Origin: Stegostoma tigrinum
Taxonomy: Eukaryota
Direction: 5' to 3'
Length of the DNA: 64,000 bases
NCBI RefSeq assembly: GCF_030684315.1
Contig: NC_081362.1
Coordinates: 97,711,323 to 97,775,322, forward strand
This document shows, one piece after another, positions 1 through 14,600 of this stretch. A model generated the notes under the pieces. It was not told the DNA's origin. It saw nothing but the letters and a program-made list of their open reading frames with translations, and ran no database searches. The translations under genes and the position numbers were made by a program. How positions within the stretch are numbered: the first letter of the stretch is position 1; each line of letters opens with the position of its first letter.

Positions 1-1172
1 TCAGGGAGCAGGGTAAATACCCCAGGGAGCAGGGTAAATACTCCAGGGAGCAGGGTAAATACCTCAGGGAGGAGGGTTAATACCCCAGGGAGCAGGGTAA
101 ATAACCCAGGGAGCAGGGTAAATACCTCAGGGAGCAGGATAAATACCCCATGGAGCAGGGTAAATACCCCATGGAGCATGTAAATACTCCAGGGAGCAGG
201 GTAAATACCTCAGGGAGCAGGGTAAATACTCCAGGGAGCAGGATAAATACTCCAGAGAGCAGGGTAAATACCCAGGGAGCAGGGTAAATACTCCAGGGAG
301 CAGTATAAATACCTCAGGGAGCAGGATAAATACCCCAGGGAGCAGGGTAAATACCCCAGGGAGCATGTAAATACTCCAGGGAGCAGGGTAAATACTCCAG
401 GGAGCAGGGTAAATACCTCAGGAAGCAGCGTAAATACCCCAGGGAGCAGGGTAAATACTCCAGGGAGCAGGGTAAATACCCCAGGGAGCAGGGTAAATAC
501 CCCAGGGAGTATGTAAATACCTCAGGGAGCAGGGTAAATACTCCAGGGAGCAGGGTAAATACCCCAGAGAACAGGGTAAATACCCCAGGGAGCAGGGTAA
601 GTACTCCAGGGAGCAGGGTAAATACCCCAGAGAGCAGGGAAAATACCCCAGAGAGCAGGGTAAATACCTCAGGGAGCAGGGTAAATACTCCAGGGAGCAG
701 GGTAAATACCTCAGGGAGCAGGGTATATACCCCAGGGAGCAGGGTAAATACCCCAGGGAACGGGGTAAATACCCAGGGTACAGGGTAAATACCCCAGAGA
801 ACAGGGCAAACCCCTGTAAATACCCCAGGGAATAGGGTAAGTCCCTGTAAATACCCCTGGGAACAGGGTAAGCCCCTGTAAATACCCCAGGGTTCAGGGT
901 AAATACCCCAGAGAACAGGGCAAACCCCTGTAAATACCCCAGGGAATAGGGTAAGTCCCTGTAAATACCCCAGGGAACAGGGTAAGCCCCTGTAAATACC
1001 CCAGGGTACAGGGTAAATACCCCAGGGAACAGGGTAAGCCCCTGTAAATACCCCAGGGAATAGGGTAAATACCCCAGAGAACAGGGCAAACCCCTGTAAA
1101 TACCCCAGGGAATAGGGTAAGTCCCTGTAAATACCCCAGGGAACAGGGTAAGCCCCTGTAAATACCCCAGGG
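1..1172. repeat. Minisatellite: 21-bp unit (CAGGGAGCAGGGTAAATACCC), switching at ~770 to 31-bp variants in a 114-bp higher-order unit
   Basis: A period of 21 is visible from base 2 to 23. GAGAACAGGGCAAA recurs at 797, 911 and 1077 (spacing 114 = 3x31+21, then 166). The array is open at the left edge of the window. Confidence 0.95.
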
Positions 1173-1254
1173 TTTTTACAATCTTTCCTTGGTTCTAAAA
1201 TCCCTTGCTCCTGGAATCATTCCAGTAAATCTCTTTCCTTACTATTAACGCCAA

Positions 1255-1850
1255 GCCGATAGCTCTGCGGTTCCTGGATATTGCTTTGCCCGTTCTTCAA
1301 CCAGTGTCACATTTGCTATCCTCCCGTTCTCCGGGATTAATCATGTGTTCAGGGAGGCCTGGAAAGTTTCTGTCAAAGGCTCCATGATATGCTCCCTTAG
1401 CTCTCTCTGCAATCCGGGATGTATCCCATCTGGGCCTGGTGACTTCTCTAGCTGGCATGCTGCCAGCCCTTTCACCCCTCTTCTTTAACACCCACTGCAC
1501 TGCTCAGTTACTCAACACACATTTTTCAACTGGGCCATCGTCATCATCTGCTGATTTGGTGAAACAAGTTAAGAATTCACACAGTCCCTCGGCCACAGCC
1601 TTTGTTTCAGTGAGCAGCTCCCTCTGCTTGTTCCTTACTTACCCCACTCTATCCTTCACTCACCTTTTATCATTAAATTAATTAATGAAGAACATTTCAC
1701 TGTTTGTTTTAGCACAGCCTGCCTTCCTTCCCTCATGCTTTCTCTTCGCTTTCCTCATCCGAGCCTGAGCTTCTCTCCTGCATTTGGGATACTCTCCCTG
1801 ATTTCCATTGCTGCTTATATGTGGTGTGTGTCAGATATCTCCTTTTTGTT
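1255..1850 (-). mobile_element. Degenerate CR1 LINE ORF2 fragment
   Basis: The minus strand reads PGPDGIHPGLQRELREHIMEP...ENGRIANVT, matching the KSPGPDGIYPRIL...DWRIANVVP region of the CR1 at 35318. Confidence 0.75.
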
Positions 1851-2691
1851 TCAATACCCCAATGAGAAGGGTAAATCTCTATAAATACCCCACTGGGCTG
1901 AATGCCCCTTTGTAACTGAGCAGGGGGAACCCTGTAAATGCCCTACAGCTCCATAAATCCCTTGGGTAATGATCATCAGTGAGTTGGCCAATGAGCTCTG
2001 AGCTGAGGTGGAGCCCAGGATCCACTCAATTCCGAGGTCATGACATTTATCTCAGGCAAGATCCGCACACCCACCCGAGTGAGAAACACAGCGAGAGGCC
2101 AGCTTTAAACTCATTTCAGTGTCACAGCAATGAGCTGATCCCCATTTCCAAAGCCAAATTCCGGCATATCCCCAAACGATCCTTCGCCCCCATGAAGGCC
2201 AGCAATCTGTCTATGTCTGAGTATTGAAAACTAATGAGTTTCACTTCTCAAATTGTTTGTAGATTCCTACGGCTAACATTCTCAAGGGCTTTTTCTGGGT
2301 TGTGTCACTGACTGGTTCTTACCATTAGGAAATAACTTTCATCATACCTCACATGACACTCTGGGGCAAGTCCAGTTGAATGAAAATATGAGCACCCAGC
2401 CAGCTGAGCGAGTGAGCGATGCCGCTGAGGTGCTGTAAGTTTGCAATTGCGCACGGGAATGAAAAGATACCAGTCTGAGTTAGATTGGACTGACAGGAGG
2501 CATGCATCAGCAATTAAAAATAGAGCGTGGCACTAAAAGAGAAACATTGCTGACTCAGTTCGGAGAAAATAGGCCAGAGGAAGTGGTAAGTGCAGACCAC
2601 AGATACCACAACAAGTCCTAATGTTCCTCAATAGACAGAAGCAAAATCCCCGGGTACAACAGGAGCTCACGTAAATTCACACTGACAAACC

Positions 2692-5600
2692 ATAACAGCT
2701 CCCCAACTCACCGCAACATCACTGCTCCCCAACTCACCGCAACATCACTGCTCCCCAACACACAGCAACATCACTGCTCCCCAACACACAGCAACGTCAC
2801 TGCTCCCCAACTCACCGCAACATCACTGCTCCCCGACACACCGCAACATCACTGCTCCCCAACTCACCGCAACATCACTGCTCCCCAACTCACCGCAACA
2901 TCACTGCTCCCCGACTCACCGTAACATCACTGCTCCCCAACTCACCGCAACATCACTGCTCCCCAACACCGCAACGTCACTGCTCCCCAACACACCGCAA
3001 CATCACTGCTCCCCAACACACCGCAACATCACTGCTCCCCAACACACCGCAACATCACTGCTCCCCAACACACCGCAACATCACTGCTCCCCAACTCACT
3101 GCAACATCACTGCTCCCCAACACACCGCAACATCACTGCTCCCCAACTCACCGCAACATCACTGCTCCCCAACACACCGCAACATCACTGCTCCCCAACA
3201 CCGCAACATCACTGCTCCCCAACACACCGTAACATCACTGCTCCCCAACTCACTGCAACATCACTGCTCCCCAACTCACCGTAACATCACTGCTCCCCAA
3301 CTCACCGTAACATCACTGCTCCCCAACTCACCGCAACATCACTGCTCCCCAACTCACCGCAACATCACTGCTCCCCAACTCACCGCAACGTCACTGCTCC
3401 CCAACACACCGTAACATCACTGCTCCCCAACTCACCGCAACGTCACTGCTCCCCAACACACCGTAACATCACTGCTCCCCAACACACCGCAACATCACTG
3501 CTCCCCAACTCACCGCAACATCACTGCTCCCCAACTCACCGCAACATCACTGCTCCCCAACTCACCGCAACATCACTGCTCCCCAACACACCGTAACATC
3601 ACTGCTCCCCAACTCACCGCAACGTCACTGCTCCCCAACACACCGCAACATCACTGCTCCCCAACTCACCGCAACATCACTGCTCCCCAACACACCGTAA
3701 CGTCACTGCTCCCCAACTCACCGCAACATCACTGCTCCCCAACACACCGTAACATCACTGCTCCCCAACTCACCGCAACATCACTGCTCCCCAACACACC
3801 GCAACATCACTGCTCCCCAACTCACCGCAACATCACTGCTCCCCAACTCACCGCAACATCACTGCTCCCCAACACACCGCAACATCACTGCTCCCCAACT
3901 CACCGTAACATCACTGCTCCCCAACTCACCGCAACATCACTGCTCCCCAACTCACCGCAACATCACTGCTCCCCAACTCACCGCAACGTCACAGCTCCCC
4001 AACTCACCGCAACATCACTGCTCCCCAACTCACCGCAACATCACAGCTCCCCAACACACCGTAACATCACTGCTCCCCAACTCACCGCAACATCACTGCT
4101 CCCCAACACACCGCAACATAACTGCTCCCCAACACACCGCAACATCACTGCTCCCCAACACACTGTAACATCACTGCTCCCCAACACACCGCAACATCAC
4201 CGCTCCCCAACTCACCGCAACATCACAGCTCCCCAACTCACCGCAACATCACAGCTCCCCAACTCACCGCAACATCACAGCTCCCCAACTCACCGCAACA
4301 TAACTGCTCCCCAACTCACCGCAACATAACTGCTCCCCAACACACCGCAACGTCACTGCTCCCCAACTCACCGCAACATAACTGCTCCCCAACACACCGC
4401 AACGTCACTGCTCCCCAACACACCGCAACATCACTGCTCCCCAACACACCGTAACATCACTGCTCCCCAACTCACCGCAACATCACTGCTCCCCAACACA
4501 CCGCAACATCACTGCTCCCCAACTCACCGCAACATCACTGCTCCCCAACTCACCGTAACATCACTGCTCCCCAACTCACCGTAACATCACTGCTCCCCAA
4601 CTCACCGCAACATCACTGCTCCCCAACACACCGCAACATCACTGCTCCCCAACTCACCGCAACATCACTGCTCCCCAACACACCGCAACATCACTGCTCC
4701 CCAACTCACCACAACATCACTGCTCCCCAACACACCGTAACATCACTGCTCCCCAACTCACCGCAACATCACTGCTCCCCAACACACCGCAACATCACCG
4801 CTCCCCAACTCACCGCAACATCACTGCTCCCCAACACACCGCAACATCACTGCTCCCCAACACACCGTAACATCACTGCTCCCCAACACCGCAACATCAC
4901 TGCTCCCCAACACACTGTAACATCACTGCTCCCCAACTCACCGCAACATCACCGCTCCCCAACTCACCGCAACATCACTGCTCCCCAACTCACCGCAACA
5001 TCACTGCTCCCCAACTCACCGCAACATCACTGCTCCCCAACTCACCGCAACATCACTGCTCCCCAACTCACCGTTACATCACTGCTCCCCAACTCACCGC
5101 AACATCACTGCTCCCCAACACACCGCAACATCACTGCTCCCCAACTCACCGCAACATCACTGCTCCCCAACACACCGTAACATCACTGCTCCCCAACTCA
5201 CCGCAACATCACTGCTCCCCAACTCACCGTAACATCACTGCTCCCCAACTCACCGTAACATCACTGCTCCCCAACACACCGCAACATCACTGCTTCCCAA
5301 CACACCGCAACATCACTGCTCCCCAACACACCGTAACATCACTGCTCCCCAACACACCGCAACGTCACTGCTCCCCAACACACCGCAACGTCACTGCTCC
5401 CCAACTCACCGCAACATCACTGCTCCCCAACACACCGTAACATCACTGCTCCCCAACACACCGCAACATCACTGCTCCCCAACACACCGTAACATCACTG
5501 CTCCCCAACACACCGCAACATCACTGCTCCCCAACACACCGCAACGTCACTGCTCCCCAACTCACCGTAACATCACTGCTCCCCAACACACCGCAACATC

Positions 5601-8600
5601 ACTGCTCCCCAACTCACCGCAACATCACTGCTCCCCAACTCACCGCAACATCACTGCTCCCCAACTCACCGCAACATCACTGCTCCCCAACTCACCGCAA
5701 CATCACTGCTCCCCAACACACCGCAACATCACTGCTCCCCAACACACCGCAACATCACTGCTCCCCAACACACCGTAACATCACTGCTCCCCAACACACA
5801 GCAACATCACAGCTCAACAACTCACCGCAACATCACTGCTCCCCAACTCACCGCAACATCACTGCTCCCCAACACACAGCAACATCACTGCTCCCCAACA
5901 CACCGCAACATCACTGCTCCCCAACACACCGCAACATCACTGCTCCCCAACTCACCGCAACATCACTGCTCCCCAACACACCGTAACATCACTGCTCCCC
6001 AACACACAGCAACATCACTGCTCCCCAACTCACCGCAACATCACTGCTCCCCAACACACCGCAACATCACTGCTCCCCAACTCACCGCAACATCACTGCT
6101 CCCCAACTCACCGCAACATCACTGCTCCCCAACACACAGCAACATCACTGCTCCCCAACACACCGCAACATCACTGCTCCCCAACACACCGCAACATCAC
6201 TGCTCCCCAACTCACCGCAACATCACTGCTCCCCAACACACCGTAACATCACTGCTCCCCAACACACAGCAACATCACTGCTCCCCAACTCACCGCAACA
6301 TCACTGCTCCCCGACACACCGCAACATCACTGCTCCCCAACACACCGCAACATCACTGCTCCCCAACACACCGTAACATCACTGCTCCCCAACACACCGT
6401 AACATCACTGCTCCCCAACTCACCGTAACATCACTGCTCCCCAACTCACCGCAACATCACTGCTCCCCAACACACAGCAACATCACTGCTCCCCAACACA
6501 CCGTAACATCACTGCTCCCCAACACACCGCAACATCACTGCTCCCCAACACACCGCAACATCACTGCTCCCCAACACACCGTAACATCACTGCTCCCCAA
6601 CACACCGCAACATCACTGCTCCCCAACACACCGCAACATCACTGCTCCCCAACACACCGTAACATCACTGCTCCCCAACACACCGCAACATCACAGCTCC
6701 CCAACTCACCGCAACATAACTGCTCCCCAACACACCGTAACATCACTGCTCCCCAACACACTGCAACATCACTGCTCCCCAACACACCGCAACGTCACTG
6801 CTCCCCAACACACCGCAACATCACAGCTCCCCAACTCACCGCAACATAACTGCTCCCCAACACACCGCAACGTCACTGCTTCCCAACTCACCGCAACATA
6901 ACTGCTCCCCAACACACCGCAACATCACTGCTCCCCAACACACCGCAACATCACAGCTCCCCAACACACCGCAACATCACTGCTCCCCAACACACCGCAA
7001 CATCACTGCTCCCCAACACACCGTAACATCACTGCTCCCCAACACACCGTAACATCACTGCTCCCCAACTCACCGTAACATCACTGCTCCCCAACACACC
7101 GCAACATCACTGCTCCCCAACACACAGCAACATCACTGCTCCCCAACACACCGTAACATCACTGCTCCCCAACTCACCGCAACATCACTGCTCCCCAACA
7201 CACCGCAACATCACTGCTCCCCAACACACCGCAACATCACTGCTCCCCAACACACCGCAACATCACTGCTCCCCAACACACCGCAACATCACTGCTCCCC
7301 AACACACCGTAACATCACTGCTCCCCAACACACCGCAACATCACTGCTCCCCAACACACCGCAACATCACTGCTCCCCAACACACCGCAACATCACTGCT
7401 CCCCAACACACCGCAACATCACAGCTCCCCAACTCACCGCAACATAACTGCTCCCCAACACACCGCAACGTCACTGCTTCCCAACTCACCGCAACATAAC
7501 TGCTCCCCAACACACCGCAACATCACTGCTCCCCAACTCACCGCAACATCACAGCTCCCCAACTCACCGCAACATCACTGCTCCCCAACTCACCGCAACA
7601 TCACTGCTCCCCAACTCACCGCAACATCACAGCTCCCCAACTCACCGTAACATCACTGCTCCCCAACTCACCGCAACATCACTGCTCCCCAACACACCGC
7701 AACATCACTGCTCCCCAACTCACCGCAACATCACAGCTCCCCAACTCACCGCAACATAACTGCTCCCCAACACACCGCAACGTCACCATTTCCCAACTCA
7801 CCGCAACATAACTGCTCCCCAACACACCGCAACATCACTGCTCCCCAACTCACCGCAACATCACAGCTCCCCAACTCACTGTAACATCACAGCTCCCCAA
7901 CTCACTGTAACATCACTGCTCCCCAACTCACCGCAACATAACTGCTCCCCAACACACCGCAACGTCACCATTTCCCAACTCACCGCAACATCACTGCTCC
8001 CCAACACACCGTAACATCACTGCTCCCCAACTCACCGCAACGTCACTGCTCCCCAACACACAGCAACATCACTGCTCCCCAACACACCGTAACATCACTG
8101 CTCCCCAACTCACCGCAACATCACTGCTCCCCAACACACCGCAACATCACTGCTCCCCAACTCACCGCAACATCACTGCTCCCCAACTCACCGCAACATC
8201 ACTGCTCCCCAACTCACCGCAACATCACTGCTCCCCAACACACCGTAACATCACTGCTCCCCAACTCACCGCAACATCACTGCTCCCCAACACACCGCAA
8301 CATCACTGCTCCCCAACTCACCGCAACATCACTGCTCCCCAACTCACAGCAACATCACTGCTCCCCAACACACCGCAACATCACTGCTCCCCAACTCACC
8401 GCAACATCACTGCTCCCCAACACACCGCAACATCACTGCTCCCCAACACACCGCAACATCACGGCTCCCCAACTCACCGCAACATCACTGCTCCCCAACT
8501 CACCGCAACGTCACTGCTCCCCAACTCACAGCAACATCACTGCTCCCCAACTCACCGTAACATCACTGCTCCCCAACTCACCGCAACGTCACTGCTCCCC

Positions 8601-11600
8601 AACTCACCGCAACATCACTGCTCCCCAACTCACCGCAACGTCACTGCTCCCCAACTCACAGCAACATCACGGCTCCCCAACACACCGCAACATCACTGCT
8701 CCCCAACTCACCGCAACGTCACTGCTCCCCAACTCACAGCAACATCACTGCTCCCCAACTCACCGTAACATCACTGCTCCCCAACTCACCGCAACATCAC
8801 TGCTCCCCAACACACCGCAACATCACTGCTCCCCAACACACCGTAACGTCACTGCTCCCCAACTCACCGTAACATCACTGCTCCCCAACTCACCGCAACA
8901 TCACTGCTCCCCAACACACCGCAACATCACTGCTCCCCAACACACCGCAACATCACTGCTCCCCAACTCACCGCAACATCACTGCTCCCCAACTCACCGC
9001 AACATCACTGCTCCCCAACTCACCGCAACATCACTGCTCCCCAACTCACCGCAACATCACTGCTCCCCAACTCACCGCAACATCACTGCTCCCCAACTCA
9101 CCGCAACATCACTGCTCCCCAACACACCGCAACATCACTGCTCCCCAACTCACCGCAACATCACTGCTCCCCAACACACCGCAACATCACTGCTCCCCAA
9201 CACACCGCAAAATCACTGCTCCCCAACTCACCGCAACATCACTGCTCCCCAAAACACCGCAAAATCACTGCTCCCCAACTCACCGCAACATCACTGCTCC
9301 CCAACTCACCGCAACATCACTGCTCCCCAACTCACCGCAACATCACTGCTCCCCAACTCACCGCAACATCACTGCTCCCCAACACACCGCAAAATCACTG
9401 CTCCCCAACTCACCGCAACATCACTGCTCCCCAACACACCGCAAAATCACTGCTCCCCAAAACACCGCAACATCACAGCTCCCCAACTCACCGCAACATC
9501 ACAGCTCCCCAACTCACCGCAACATCACAGCTCCCCAACTCACCGCAACATAACTGCTCCCCAACACACCGCAACATCACAGCTCCCCAACTCACCGCAA
9601 CATCACAGCTCCCCAACTCACCGCAACATAACTGCTCCCCAACACACCGCAACGTCACTGCTTCCCAACTCACAGCAACATCACTGCTCCCCAACTCACC
9701 GCAACATCACTGCTCCCCAACACACCGCAACATCACTGCTCCCCAACTCACCGCAACATCACTGCTCCCCAACACACCGCAACATCACTGCTCCCCAACA
9801 CACCGCAACGTCACTGCTTCCCAACTCACAGCAACATCACTGCTCCCCAACTCACCGCAACATCACTGCTCCCCAACTCACCGCAACATCACTGCTCCCC
9901 AACACACCGCAACGTCACTGCTCCCCAACACACAGCAACATCACTGCTCCCCAACTCACGGTAACATCACTGCTCCCCAACTCACCGCAACATCACTGCT
10001 CCCCAACTCACCGCAACATCACTGCTCCCCAACTCACCGCAACATCACTGCTTCCCAACTCACAGCAACATCACTGCTCCCCAACTCACCGCAACATCAC
10101 TGCTCCCCAACACACCGCAACATCACTGCTCCCCAACTCACCGCAACATCACTGCTCCCCAACACACCGCAACATCACTGCTCCCCAACTCACCGTAACA
10201 TCACTGCTCCCCAACTCACCGCAACATCACTGCTCCCCAACTCACCGCAACATCACTGCTCCCCAACACACCGTAACATCACTGCTCCCCAACTCACCGC
10301 AACATCACTGCTCCCCAACTCACCGCAACATCACTGCTCCCCAACTCACCGCAACATCACTGCTCCCCAACTCACCGCAACATCACTGCTCCCCAACTCA
10401 CCGCAACATCACTGCTCCCCAACTCACCGCAACATCACTGCTCCCCAACTCACCGCAACATCACTGCTCCCCAACTCACCGCAACATCACTGCTCCCCAA
10501 CACACCGCAACATCACTGCTCCCCAACTCACCGCAACATCACTGCTCCCCAACACACAGCAACATCACTGCTCCCCAACTCACCGCAACATCACTGCTCC
10601 CCAACACACCGTAACATCACTGCTCCCCAACTCACCGCAACATCACTGCTCCCCAACTCACCGCAACATCACTGCTCCCCAACTCACCGCAACGTCACTG
10701 CTCCCCAACTCACCGCAACATCACTGCTCCCCGACACACCGTAACATCACTGCTCCCCAACTCACCGCAACATCACTGCTCCCCAACTCACCGCAACGTC
10801 ACTGCTCCCCAACACACCGTAACATCACTGCTCCCCAACTCACCGCAACATCACTGCTCCCCAACTCACCGCAACATCACTGCTCCCCAACACACCGCAA
10901 CATCACAGCTCCCCAACTCACCGCAACGTCACTGCTCCCCAACTCACCGCAACATCACTGCTCCCCAACACACCGCAACATCACTGCTCCCCAACTCACC
11001 GCAACATCACTGCTCCCCAACTCACCGCAACATCACTGCTCCCCAACACACCGCAACATCACCGCTCCCCAACTCACCGCAACATCACTGCTCCCCAACT
11101 CACCGCAACATCACTGCTCCCCAACTCACCGCAACATCACTGCTCCCCAACTCACCGCAACATCACTGCTCCCCAACACACCGCAACATCACCGCTCCCC
11201 AACTCACCGCAACATCACTGCTCCCCAACTCACCGCAACATCACTGCTCCCCAACACACCGCAACATCACTGCTCCCCAACACACCGCAACATCACTGCT
11301 CCCCAACTCACCGCAACATCACTGCTCCCCAACTCACCGCAACATCACAGCTCCCCAACTCACCGCAACGTCACTGCTCCCCAACTCACCGCAACATCAC
11401 TGCTCCCCAACACACAGCAACATCACTGCTCCCCAACACACCGCAACATCACTGCTCCCCAACTCACCGCAACATCACTGCTCCCCAACACACCGCAACA
11501 TCACTGCTCCCCAACTCACCGCAACATCACTGCTCCCCGACACACCGCAACATCACTGCTCCCCAACTCACCGCAACATCACTGCTCCCCAACTCACCGC

Positions 11601-14600
11601 AACATCACTGCTCCCCAACACACCGCAACATCACTGCTCCCCAACTCACCGCAACATCACTGCTCCCCAACACACCGCAACATCAATGCTCCCCAACACA
11701 CCGCAACATCACTGCTCCCCGACACACCGCAACATCAATGCTCCCCAACTCACCGCAACATCACTGCTCCCCGACACACCGCAACATCACTGCTCCCCAA
11801 CACACCGCAACATCACTGCTCCCCAACACACCGCAACATCACTGCTCCCCAACTCACCGCAACATCACTGCTCCCCAACTCACCGCAACATCACTGCTCC
11901 CCAACTCACCGCAACATCACTGCTCCCCGACTCACCGCAACATCACTGCTCCCCAACACACCGCAACATCACTGCTCCCCAACACACCGCAACATCACTG
12001 CTCCCCAACTCACCGCAACATCACTGCTCCCCAACTCACCGCAACATCACTGCTCCCCAACTCACCGCAACATCACTGCTCCCCAACTCACTGTAACATC
12101 ACTGCTCCCCAACTCACCGTAACATCACTGCTCCCCAACTCACCGCAACATCACTGCTCCCCGACTCACCGCAACATCACTGCTCCCCAACTCACCGTAA
12201 CATCACTGCTCCCCAACTCACCGCAACATCACTGCTCCCCGACTCACCGCAACATCACTGCTCCCCAACACACCGCAACATCACCGCTCCCCATCTCACC
12301 GCAACATCACTGCTCCCCAACTCACCGCAACATCACTGCTCCCCAACTCACCGCAACATCACTGCTCCCCAACTCACCGCAACATCACTGCTCCCCAACT
12401 CACCGCAACATCACTGCTCCCCAACTCACCGCAACATCACTGCTCCCCAACTCACCGCAACATCACTGCTCCCCAACTCACCGCAACATCACTGCTCCCC
12501 AACTCACCGCAACATCACTGCTCCCCAACTCACCGCAACATCACTGCTCCCCAACTCACCGCAACATCACTGCTCCCCAACACACCGTAACATCACTGCT
12601 CCCCAACTCACCGCAACATCACCGCTCCCCAACACACCGCAACATCACTGCTCCCCAACTCACCGTAACATCACTGCTCCCCAACTCACCGCAACATCAC
12701 TGCTCCCCAACACACAGCAACATCACTGCTCCCCAACTCACCGCAACATCACTGCTCCCCAACACACCGTAACATCACTGCTTCCCAACTCACCGTAACA
12801 TCACTGCTCCCCAACACACCGTAACATCACTGCTTCCCAACTCACCGCAACATCACTGCTCCCCAACACACCGTAACATCACTGCTTCCCAACTCACCGC
12901 AACATCACTGCTCCCCAACACACCGCAACATCACTGCTCCCCAACACACCGCAACATCACTGCTTCCCAACTCACCGCAACATCACTGCTCCCCAACACA
13001 CCGCAACATCACTGCTCCCCAACACACCGCAACATCACTGCTCCCCAACTCACCGCAACATCACTGCTCCCCAACACACAGCAACATCACTGCTCCCCAA
13101 CTCACCGTAACATCACTGCTCCCCAACTCACCGCAACATCACTGCTCCCCAACTCACCGCAACATCACTGCTCCCCAACACACCGTAACATCACGGCTCC
13201 CCAACACACCGCAACATCACTGCTCCCCAACTCACCGCAACATCACTGCTCCCCAACACACCGTAACATCACTGCTCCCCAACTCATCGCAACATCACTG
13301 CTCCCCAACACACAGCAACATCACTGCTCCCCAACACACCGCAACATCACTGCTCCCCAACTCACCGCAACATCACTGCTCCCCAAGACACCGCAACATC
13401 ACTGCTTCCCAACTCACCGCAACATCACTGCTTCCCAACTCACCGCAACATCACTGCTCCCCAACTCACCGCAACATCACTGCTTCCCAACTCACCGCAA
13501 CATCACTGCTCCCCAACTCACCGCAACATCACTGCTCCCCAACTCTCCGCAACATCACTGCTTCCCAACTCACCGTAACATCACTGCTCCCCAACTCACC
13601 GCAACATCACTGCTCCCCAACTCACCGCAACATCACTGCTCCCCAACTCACCGTAACATCACTGCTCCCCAACTCACCGCAACATCACTGCTCCCCAACT
13701 CACCGCAACATCACTGCTCCCCAACTCACCGTAACATCACTGCTCCCCAACTCACTGCAACATCACTGCTCCCCAACTCACCGCAACATCACTGCTCCCC
13801 AACACACCGTAACATCACTGCTCCCCAACTCACCGCAACATCACTGCTCCCCAACTCACCGTAACATCACTGCTCCCCAACTCACTGCAACATCACTGCT
13901 CCCCAACTCACCGCAACATCACTGCTCCCCAACTCACCGCAACATCACTGCTCCCCAACACACAGCAACATCACTGCTCCCCAACACACCGTAACATCAC
14001 TGCTCCCCAACACACCGCAACATCACTGCTCCCCAACTCACCGCAACATCACTGCTCCCCAACTCACCGTAACATCACTGCTCCCCAACACACCGTAACA
14101 TCACTGCTCCCCAACTCACCGCAACATCACTGCTCCCCAACTCACTGCAACATCACTGCTCCCCAACTCACCGTAACATCACTGCTCCCCAACTCACCGC
14201 AACATCACTGCTCCCCAACACACCGTAACATCACTGCTCCCCAACACACCGTAACATCACTGCTCCCCAACTCACCGCAACGTCACTGCTCCCCAACTCA
14301 GCGCAACATCACTGCTCCCCAACTCACCGCAACATCACTGCTCCCCAACTCACCGCAACATCACTGCTCCCCAACTCACCGCAACATCACTGCTCCCCAA
14401 CACCGCAACATCACTGCTCCCCAACACACCGCAACATCACTGCTCCCCAACACACCGTAACATCACTGCTCCCCAACACACCGCAACATCACTGCTCCCC
14501 AACACACCGCAACATCACTGCTCCCCAACACACCGCAACATCACTGCTCCCCAACACACCGCAACATCACAGCTCCCCAACTCACCGCAACATAACTGCT

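Noticed and set aside
127-1089. ORFs with LPCSLGY repeats
   Set aside because: These are translations of the 21-bp minisatellite.
2110-2165. Minus-strand FGFGNGDQLIAV resembling a J segment
   Set aside because: There is no upstream RSS and no splice donor after it, and a stop follows. It is probably chance.
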